From a virus, in IMG/VR virus record IMGVR_UViG_3300045988_116240: a stretch of 64,000 nt of DNA. One strand, written 5' to 3'. Within the stretch, counting starts at the first letter, position 1. Each line of letters begins with the position of its first letter. The notes beneath the pieces are model-generated. The model saw nothing but the letters and a program-made list of their open reading frames with translations, had not been told where the DNA came from and searched no databases. The translations under genes were made by a program, and so were the position numbers. Shown here piece after piece: positions 7,313 to 17,900 of this stretch.

Positions 7313-7867
7313 ATGATCGGAGCGATAGTTGGAGCCGCCAGTTCCTTGGCGAGTGGCATTGCCGGGGGAATAAAGGCAAGGAAGGCGGCTAGAAAAGCGA
7401 ACGCCGTGTTGGATAAACAGGCAAAGGAGAATGAGGATTGGTTTAACCGTAGGTATAACGAGGATTATACCCAAAGCGCGGAGGCGCAAGCCGCCTTGAC
7501 CAAGGCTAGGGAATTAGCGGATGAGCAGTACCGTAAGGCCTCCGGTACCGCCGCGGTCGTAGGAGCTACTGATGAGTCCGTAGCTCAGGCCAAGAAAGCG
7601 GCGGGCGAGGTGATATCCGATACCGCTAGTGGTATAGCCACTAACGCTACCGCACGGAAGGATGCTGTGGAATCCCAATATCTCAACACCAAGAATAATA
7701 TCAGTAACCAAAGGCTGTCTATCTATAATCAACAGGCGGCAAACGCCACGCAAGCGGCTAATCAAGGATTACAGGCAGGGATGGGCCTCGTTGGGGCTGA
7801 TGCGCAAGCCCATCTTGACAAGGGTAAGGGATTATTCGAGTCTATATTCAAAAGTAAACAACAATGA
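7313..7867 (+). CDS. Ala/Gln-rich putative internal virion (ejection/pilot-like) protein
   Basis: 184 aa. Gly/Ala hydrophobic N-terminus MIGAIVGAASSLASGIAGG, then low-complexity A/Q/N helices. An ATGA overlap couples it to the next gene. Confidence 0.55.
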   Translation: MIGAIVGAASSLASGIAGGIKARKAARKANAVLDKQAKENEDWFNRRYNEDYTQSAEAQAALTKARELADEQYRKASGTAAVVGATDESVAQAKKAAGEVISDTASGIATNATARKDAVESQYLNTKNNISNQRLSIYNQQAANATQAANQGLQAGMGLVGADAQAHLDKGKGLFESIFKSKQQ

Positions 7868-8913
7868 CATTAGAGGAAAGATATAATAGGAAAAGGACCC
7901 CGGTCGTTCAAAGGCCGGAATTGTCCACTACGCCATTGGTTGAGCCGGAGGTTGCCGGAAGCCAGAACCCTGTCGCTCCAACCGTGGATAATACGGATGA
8001 GACCGCTCCGCAAGCGAGCGTTGTCGAGCCTCAAATGAACGATTACCAATGGAACCAAAGGCTTTATGAGACGCTCTTTCAAAAGCCGATAAGTCAAGAG
8101 GAGGAGGAGAGAAGAAAACGGGCCGCTTCCGTAGCTACTGGAATCGGGCATCTAGGCAATGTGTTGTCTTCCTTCTCCAATTTGGCATTCGCGGGAGAGG
8201 CACCTTCGCAGAAACTACCCACCGTAGCTGATCCTAAACTACAATCCTATTCTGACAGGTTGGAGGCTATCAGGCAAAGATACGGGGCCGGGTATCTGGC
8301 CGCAAGGCAAAACGACATCAATAATTATCAAAGGGCATTGCAGCTTTATAGACAGGATCAAGCGAGAAAAGCCCAGAATGATTTGGAAAAGGCCAAGATA
8401 GCGCAAAGTGCCGCTCAATTCGCAATAAAGAATGACAGGGAGGAGCGGAAGATGAAACAGGATGCCGCATATAAAGAGAGAGAGTTGGGTATAAGGCAAT
8501 CCAATCTCCGTAGTCTTGAGCAATATCGTACCGCTAAAGCTAATGGTTCTGGGGCGGATAAGTCTATTGACATCATCGGCAGAAACGGTAAACGTTTCAC
8601 TTTGTCCGGTAAGGATAAAGATGGGGTTATCGCTTATATGTATAAGAGGATGTTGGAGTATGCGGAGGAAAATAAAGATAAAAACAAGAGCGTATCGGAT
8701 GTAACGTGGCAGCTTGGTGAAGGTGGAGACCAAAAGACCAAACAAGCCGCTATTGTCATGAGTAATATTCAGAATTTCCCGGAATTATACGATGAGTTTG
8801 ATAGGGTGATCGGATCGGGAGGTTCTTCTAGTAAGGGCAAGCATATCCCTTTAAACGATGAAGGAGGAACAGAAAATACAAACGAAAAATACAGCTGGAT
8901 TCATGGATTCTAA
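7864..8913 (+). CDS. putative virion protein with central coiled coil
   Basis: 349-aa ORF, translationally coupled on both sides to virion-type genes. Confidence 0.55.
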   Translation: MTLEERYNRKRTPVVQRPELSTTPLVEPEVAGSQNPVAPTVDNTDETAPQASVVEPQMNDYQWNQRLYETLFQKPISQEEEERRKRAASVATGIGHLGNVLSSFSNLAFAGEAPSQKLPTVADPKLQSYSDRLEAIRQRYGAGYLAARQNDINNYQRALQLYRQDQARKAQNDLEKAKIAQSAAQFAIKNDREERKMKQDAAYKERELGIRQSNLRSLEQYRTAKANGSGADKSIDIIGRNGKRFTLSGKDKDGVIAYMYKRMLEYAEENKDKNKSVSDVTWQLGEGGDQKTKQAAIVMSNIQNFPELYDEFDRVIGSGGSSSKGKHIPLNDEGGTENTNEKYSWIHGF

Positions 8914-11900
8914 TGTAAAACATTTATATGACGCTATGATTAGCCAAGGATATACGGGACTTGGCGATTTCTCTAATTTTGAGGGTAAGATGAAAGACTC
9001 TGGAAAGAGGAGAATGGTTTATGATTATTTGATACAAGATGATTATTTCTCCGAGATAGGCGATTTCTCCAAGTTCGAGAGTGCCCTAGGGTATTCGCCC
9101 GCAGAGAGGAAAGATTACGTTTCTCAATCAAGCGTTAATCCTGCACCTATCGCTTTAAGACAGGAGGTTGACGTGCCTATGAAGGATCAATCGGAATACG
9201 TTAATCCGTGGACGAACTCACCTGATTACAATTTTGAGTCCTTGCGTAAAAAAGGAAAGATTGAGACCGCTACTCCTCCACCTCCTACGGAGTATGAGAA
9301 GGATTCTTCTTTCATGAATACTTGGGTAGGAGACGCTATACAGAAACTTAACGCAGGAGGAGCCGATCTTGGTGCCGGTATATTTGGGGTCTTGGATAAG
9401 GCGGCTAAAGGGTTGGAATCCGCAACGGGAGGACTGATCCCACGTGGCGGGGCATTCAAGGATATCTCAGATATATTTAAGGCTGATGCGGAGTTTTCCC
9501 GGGCAAGGTCAAACAGATACAATGGCAAGGATTTCACCGATCTTTGGAAAGAAGGGAATTATATGGGTGCCATAGGTGATATAGCCTTGCAAGGCGTAGA
9601 GTCGCTTCCGATGTCAATCGGGGCCATGGCCGCTACAATGGCCGGAGCTCCAGCGGCCGGACTCGCAGGTATAGGGTCAATAGTAGCTAGCCAGAAATAT
9701 GATGATCTTGACCAGAATAACCCAAACATGGGAGAGTTCGCAAAGGTATCTAACGCTATTCTTACAGGTACGGCAGAATCCTTGTCTGAGATGCTGGGCG
9801 CTGGCGTATCCAAGGCTTGGATGTCAACCTTATTCAAGACGTTAGGAAAGGAAAAGGCACAAGAGGCTATCAAGCGTGGCATAATGGGTAAGATGCAAGA
9901 GTTCTATAAAAAATTCGGTATGTTTTTCGAGCCTGTAAATGAAGGTATCGAAGAGGTATCTTCCACGCTAGCGGAGAATATAACGGATAAGATAACAGGT
10001 GCGGATCCGGAAAGGGATTTGACCGATGGTGTATTGCAGAGTTTTGTCTATGGAATGGGAGGCGGCGCTTATTTTACTGGGGCCGGAGCGTTGGCTAAAG
10101 GTGCGCAATACGTAGCGGATAAAATAGGAGGCAAACAGGCTCAGCAGCCTATCACCGATTCCAATGTAACAGATCAAGGCGTTGAAACTCCTCCTCTATT
10201 AACTAAGTCTAGGTTTGCCGAGGCAGAGGAAGAAGGTCGAAATATGACTGATCCGGGCGATATACGGACGGCGAGCAAAAAGATGGAAGAGACAAGGCTT
10301 TCCCTATCTGGAATGGTTCCGGGTTTGGCTAGTACGATAGAAAGCTATGTGGATGATAAAGCTAGCGAGGCCCAAGTGATGAGTCTTCTTGATGGAGTTA
10401 ATGCGGATGCCCGTCCGTTAGCCGAGGATTTCTACGCTGATTATCTCAGGATATCCGGTTTGCAGGATCGTATAGGCGAGGAAATAGACAATGAGGTTGA
10501 AACTTACGTTGCCAATAATATTACTCCTTATGTTACCACGAATCCTGATGGTCAGTCTATCGTTACCATGGCTACGCTTAGCGAGGGAAATGAGGAAAGA
10601 CCTGTGTACGTTAGGAGTATCGAGGGAGATAAGGCCGTTATTTCCGATAACGGACAGGATCGGATGGTCTCGGTGAAAAGGTTGAGCGATATAGTAGAGC
10701 AAGATGCCGGTCATATGAGACGGACCTATGAGGATCAATTATTGGCTAACCGCCAGTCCGAGCTTGACATGACCATGCATCATAATCCCAAGACGCAATT
10801 ACCAAAGCCGGGGTTGATCGTATGGAACGGGGATAATGCGTTTATCCTTCAAGGACAAGATGAGAACGGTGATTGGATCGCTCAACCTGCGGCTTATGAT
10901 AGAGAAACCGGGCAGGTGACAGCCAAGAATGGCTCTTCTCCAGCAATGCCTATAACAGAGAATGAGATTCTTGATCTTCAAGATGCCATATATGACGCTC
11001 AACAAGTTAATGTGGTGTCGCCAGAGGATGATAATGTTGCAAGTGCTGATGCCGAGATAACCTCTGCACCTCCCGTGGAAGATGCGATCAACCAGCCAAC
11101 GAGTGAGATTGAGACGGAAGGTGCCATTGATCAGATAGCACAACCTAGCAATGTGGAGAATCTTTCCATGGTTATGCGAGAAGATGGTACACCCGATTTC
11201 GTATCATCAGGAACGGATATGGCCTTGGATTTCCTCTATGATAAATATGGCGATAAGATGCCAAGGAAGATCGAGGTGACGAGAAAGTCTTTCGATGAAA
11301 GCCTTAAAAAAGCGTCTGATGCCTTGGAAAAGGCGCAAGAGGCATACGATGATGCCCCTATCGGAAAAGAGGATAAGCCTGAGGCCGCATTGATAAAAGC
11401 CCGACAAGAATATGAGGCGATCAAGGTCGAGGCTGATTTCTGGGCTAATCTTGATGATGATATCAAGGAGGCCAGCAAGAAGCCGGGTGATGTCATAGCG
11501 AAGGAGATCTCCGTGATAGGTGATCCTATGAGCGGAGAGGAGCTTGCGGCCATGATGCTGGCTAATGGGGCGATCAAATTGACACGTGACAGTTACAAGA
11601 AAGAGACCGGTGCCGGGAATAATGAGACAGCGAGGATGTTCGGACTGTTCGCCTCTCCGGAGAAAGGCGGTGTTAATATAGAGAGGGCGGGTGAGATATT
11701 GGAGCTTGCCGATAGGGAGAATGGCACTAACTTCTTCGATGAGAACGATACGAACGCCGGAAGGGACGCTATCATAGAGGTCTTGTCTTCCGCTCATACA
11801 CGTGGAGACTTGATCGATTATGTCAAGAGGAACCGTGAGGCGATCGCTGAGCGTGAGAGACAGGCCGAGTACAACGCTTACGCTGAGTGGTGCGAGGAGA

Positions 11901-14900
11901 ATTATCATATGTCCCCGGAAGAATACGAGGCGTATGAGGAAAGCATGGTACGTGATTTCTCGGAGAAACAATTGACTGATGAGGAGCGAGGCGAGCTTGA
12001 TTCGCAAATCGTGGATGAAATACAGGCCATAATTGACGAACAAAATGAAATAGACGCTATCTTAGCGCAAAATAAACCGATAGAAAATGAAAACATTGAA
12101 GGAAATGACGAAAGCGGAGGCGATGGCTTACGCGAGGGAGGCGGCGAGGTACTGCCAAGAGAACAACTTGATCAGACCGGGGGAACTGGAGAGGTTGAGG
12201 GAAGAGAATCGGCTGGCCCCGACATTGATCGCACGGATGGAGCTACACAAGAAGGCTCATCAAGGGGACTAGTTCCTTTTGTCGCTCCTTCTCCAAAGGA
12301 GAATGAGACCCCATTGGACTATGCCGAGCGCATAGTTGAGGCTAAGAGATTGCACGAAGAGGAGCTAAAGGTTGATACCAATCCAACCGAGGCGCAGAAA
12401 GAGGCCGGCAATTACAAGAAAGGCCATATAAAGATAAACGGTTTTGATGTCACCATAGAGCAGCCCGCCGGTTCCGTCCGTTCCGGTAAGGACGCTAGCG
12501 GAAAGGAGTGGTCGCAGGTCATGAATAACACTTACGGTTACATTCGAGGTACTGAAAGTGTGGATGGTGATCATATAGACGTATTCCTAGGTCCGGATAT
12601 GAATAGTGACATGGTGTATGTCGTGGATCAGGTGAATACTGATGGCTCATTCGATGAGCATAAGGTTATGATGGGATTCCCTTCCTTGGAAGACGCTAGG
12701 TCCGCTTACTTGTCAAACTATGAGGAGGGTTGGCAAGGGTTAGGCAACATTACCGGGGTCACGTTGGATGGGTTCAAGAAATGGATTGATTCCTCGACTC
12801 GCAAAACAAAGCCCTTCTATGAGTATAAGGGAATTAAACAGGAGGAAAGCGATATTTCTAAAAATAATGATTCTGATAATTATAGCATTGTTTCCTCCCA
12901 ATATACTACCAAGAAAGGAAAAGTTCTTGATATGTGGCTATTGAAGTTCGGTAATGAATTATCGAAGGAACAGCAACGTGCCGCCAAAGAGCTAGCCAAG
13001 GCTGAAAAGGGTTGGTATGACAGGGAACAGCGAGGTTTCATGATGCGTAGCGATGAAAGCGCAAGGCGGTTGGCTGATACCATTCTTGGCGATACCGATG
13101 CCGTAAGCGATGCGCAACCTATTTCTCTTGAAGACACACGCAGGGTCGTAGAGCCTCAAAAGGTAAATGTAGAAAACCTTATTGGTGATATCAACGATAA
13201 GGGCAAAGCCAAATTGAGCGATCGTACCGTTACCCCTAGCGGTAACCGCCTTGTTACCGATGAACGGTATGCGGAACTCCGTGAGCGCATGCGCAAGAAA
13301 CTAGGCGGTCAAATGAATATGGGTGTTGATCCTGAGATATTGGCGATAGGTACTGAAATGGCGGTTTATCATATAGAGAAAGGCTTGCGTAAGTTCTCTG
13401 ATTACTCAAAGGCTATGATCGATGATCTAGGTGACGCTATACGACCGTATCTTAAATCATTCTACAATGGAGCGAGGGATTTACCGGAAGTAGAAGAGAA
13501 CGGATGGGATAAGGATATGACCACTTATGAGGATGTCCGTTCGTTTGATGTAGCTAATTTTGATAAGCCAGTCCCGGATATAATGGATGCCGCTGAGACC
13601 GTGGTTAAAGAGACTGAGATTGCCGGACAAGCGAGTGCCGCGGAGAAAAAAATAAAAAATAGCCGGAAAAAGCGAACGGACAACAAGGACAAACCATTAC
13701 CTTTGTATGGTAACGATTTATTCACTCCTAATAATATTAAAGACAATGAGCAAGGAAATTCAAGAGCGGATCAAGGCGTGGGAAGAAAAGCACGGGAAGA
13801 GGATCGAGGATCTGAACGCGGAGGAGACCGTGGAGGCGTGCATGGAAGTGATGTGCTTGACACGGAGCGAGGCCGAGGAATACCTATCAGCGACAGCGAC
13901 AAGCGGCCTGTTGTAAGGAATCAAAACAATTTCAGCTTCCCGGAGAAAGGTATTGAGCTTCCTTCCGGTGATATATCCAAGCTAAAAGCCAATATTGAGG
14001 CGATAGAAACGCTGAAAGACGTAGAGGACGGCCAAGGAAAACCTACCCCGGAACAACAAGCCAAGATGTCAAGGTACGTTGGATGGGGAGGTTTGGCCGA
14101 AGCCTTGAACGAAGGCAAATACAACGCACGTGACAACAATTGGACTAAGGATCGAAATTGGAATGATAAGTATCTACGTTATTATGAGAAACTAAAATCC
14201 TTATTAAGTAAAGAAGAGTTCGACAGTGCCGTCCGTTCCACGACAACCTCTCATTATACCCCGTCCGAGGTCGTGGAAAGCTTATGGGGAATAACGGAGA
14301 AACTTGGATTCAAGGGTGGCAATATCAGTGAACCCGCTATGGGTATAGGCAACATAATCGGTATGATGCCTAGGTCTATATCTGAAAACTCAAGTATAAG
14401 TGGGTTCGAGATAGATAGTTTATCCGGTCGTATGGCAAAGGCTTTATATCCTGACGCTAATATAAAGGTACAAGGATATGAGAAAGCGTTTTCTCCAAAC
14501 TCGAAAGACTTAGTTATCACCAACGTCCCATTCGGGAAAAACGCTCCATATGATAAGGTTTTAGATAAGCAATTCAGGAAGAAACTTGGTTCCTCTTATA
14601 ATCTCCATAATTATTTTATCCTAAAGGGGCTTCTGGAATTGAAAGAAGGTGGTCTCGGCGTATTCGTCACGTCCTCGGCTACGATGGATGGGGCCGATAG
14701 TAAGTTCCGTGAGTACGTGAGTGGGAACGGTTATGATCTGGTCGGAGCTATCCGATTGCCTAATGACGCTTTCCAGAAAGGGGCCGGCACGAGTGTCACG
14801 GCCGACATCGTTATATTCCGTAAAAGAAAGTATGGGGAACCTTCGAATGGGATAGGGTTCGCTACTACAACGCAAATAGGTGAAGGAACTTATATGGAGG

Positions 14901-17900
14901 ACGGGGATAAAAGGAGCAAGCCTATCATGGTTAACGAGTATTTCTCCAATCATCCCGATATGATGTTAGGTGATATGATGACTGCTTATGACGCTGGTAG
15001 CGGAGGTCTATATAGTGGAGCGTCCCAGACATTGAAAGCCAAACCCGGGGCCGATTTAAGCAAGGAGCTATTTAACGCTATTGATAACTTACCAAAGAAT
15101 ATCCTATCAGGTGTTGTAGAGACTAAAGGGCCGGAGGTTGTGGGTGACTCCACTTTGAAAGATGGTACTATTACCGTCCAGAATGGCAATGTCTTTGTTT
15201 TAGATGGGGACTCGTTAAAACCGATTAAGGCAAATCCTACGTTCGTTCATAATGGTAAGACCCGGAAAATAGCGGATGCGGTAAATGATTACAATGATAT
15301 AAAGAAAAATCTATACGATCTTATCCATGATGAGCAAACAAAGGGTGTGGATCCCGAGCCCGCGAGGAAAAGGCTAAACAAAGTATATGATGCTTTCGTG
15401 TCCAAATATGGGACACTTAACAGGAACAAGGCTTTGGACGATATTTTCGCCGAGGATGTTGAGCATGGATTACCCTTCTCTTTGGAAACCGTTAGAAGGG
15501 TACCTTCCACGACCGGAAAATCTATGGTATGGGAAGTCTCGAAAGCGGATGGTATCTTGAATAAGCGTGTAAGTTATCCATTCGAGCTACCGACAAAAGC
15601 GGATAATGTCTTGGATGCCGTCAATATAAGCAAGTCATATAAAGGTAATATTGATATACCTTATATCTCGGAGATAACGGGTATGGATGAGGTGAACGTG
15701 ACAAACGAGATACTAGAGAAGGGAATTGCTTATAGGGATCCTGTTACCGGCAATATAATAGATAAGAGCGAATATCTCTCTGGAAACGTAAAAGATAAGT
15801 TGGTAGAGGCTAAGGCGGCCTTGGAAGATCATCCGGAGTTTCAAAAAAACGTGGATGACTTGGAAGCCGTACAGCCAGAACGTATACCCTATGGTGAGAT
15901 AAGTTATCGACTGGGGACTACATGGATCCCGTCTGAGTTTATAAATAATTTCGCTGATAATGTACTGGGTATATCTTACGCCAACGCTAATTTTATCCCG
16001 GAGATCGGTGAGTATATTCTTGATAAGAGGGCGTTCATAACCGATTACGCTAAAGCCGGTCAATTCAAGACTGAGAGAATGGACGCTATAGACGTGTTCA
16101 AGGCCGCTCTTAACCAACGTAAACCCAAGGTTTATGACGAGATTAAATATTATGAGGATGGTAAGCAGAAAACGAGAAGGGTCGTAAACGAGCAGGAGAC
16201 ACAGGCCGTTGCCGAGAAAATATCCGACATGTCCGATAAGTTCGTGGAGTATATTGATTCTAAAACGATGTTTCATGGTCGTATTGAGGACGTGTATAAT
16301 GATAAATATAACAACTATGTACTAAAAAAGTATGACAAACCGGTTTTTGAGCATTATCCTAACGCTAATAAGAATATAACACTTAGGGATCACCAGAGCA
16401 AGGCGGTGCAACGTTGTCTATCCGAGAGCACGTTACTCGCTCACCAAGTCGGTACGGGAAAGACCTTTACCATGATTACGTCCGCTATGGAAATGAGACG
16501 GCTAGGTATAGCGAAGAAACCCATGATCGTTGTCCAAAACGCTACCCTAGAGGATTTCGTCCGTGACTTTTATAAACTGTATCCTTCCGCTAAGATTCTA
16601 TCTCCGACAAAGGAGGAGCGTAACGCCGATAATAGGACAAGGCTGTTCAATCTTATAGCTACCGGAGATTTTGACGCTATCGTTGTCCCACAGTCATTCA
16701 TGGCGTTTATCCCGGATAGCGAGGAAAGGAAAAAGGCATATATCCAAAAGCGTATAGATGATTTTGAGGAGGCTATCGATCGCATAGAAGACAAGGCTTT
16801 ACAGGAGAGATTGAAAAGGGAGGCCAAGAGTATGCGTGATTCTCTGGAAGGTATAAAGAAAGGGAAAAACGTAAAGGGCAAGGCAAAGACAGCGGAGACT
16901 ATCACGGCCAAGACGGAGCGTATTCTTGACAGGCGGACTGATAACGTCATGACGTTTGAGCAAATGGGTGTTGACGCTTTGTTCATTGACGAGGCGCATA
17001 ATTATAAGAAGATCGGGTTTCCAAGCAAGATGTCGAACGTTAAAGGTATCGATACGAGCGCGTCACAAAGGGCTAATAGTATGTTGCTAAAAGCCCAATG
17101 GATATCTGAGAATAATGGTGGTCGAAACGTGGTTCTGGCAACCGGTACCCCTATCACTAATACAATGGCAGAGGTCTGGACTATGATGAATTTCGTGGCA
17201 CCCGATATCCTAGACGCGTATAATATCAATAGCTTTGACGAGTTCGCTACCACTTTTGGAACGGTTGAGCCCTCATTGGAGTTTACCGCTACCGGTAACT
17301 TTAAGATAGCCGAGAGGTTCAAGAGCTATACGAATGTCCCGGAGCTTATAAAGGCGTTCAGGAGCCATACGGACGTTGTCTTGACAGAGGATGTCAAGGA
17401 GTTCAAGGAAGACAAGAATATCCCTAAGTTGAAAGACAATAAGATGACCAATGTCATTGTCGAGAAGAACGAGGACTTGGAGGATGTCATGCAAACCCTT
17501 ATCAAGGAATTAGAGGATTATAACAAATTGACAGGAAAAGAGAAGAAGGATAAGAGCGCGCTACCCTTGGTCGTGTTCAGCAAGGCTAAACAGGCTGCGA
17601 TTGACCTTCGCTTGCTTAATCCTACATTTCCCGACAATCCTGATAGCAAGACAAACAAGGTGGTCGATAACGTGTTGAGATTATATAAGGAGAGCGATAA
17701 GGACAAAGGCACGCAACTTATATTCTGCGATAGTTATCAATCCCCTTCTGAGACTCCAAAAATGGATTTATTCGATGTCGATTTATCTGTTCCTCAGTTT
17801 AATTTGTACAATGATATAAAGGAAAAGCTTATCAAGGGAGGTATTCCGTCTAATCAGATAGCTATCGTTGGCAATTATGAGGGAGAAAGGAGAAACGCCT

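Noticed and set aside
11207-12043. Long antisense ORFs inside the giant gene (for example 11207..12043 at 278 aa, 15713..16276, 19564..20139, 22505..23023).
   Set aside because: They lie opposite a 14.3 kb ORF with recognisable MTase and helicase motifs. Their products are repetitive, Leu/Ser/Ile-rich and have no motifs. They are typical shadow ORFs of a purine-rich coding strand.
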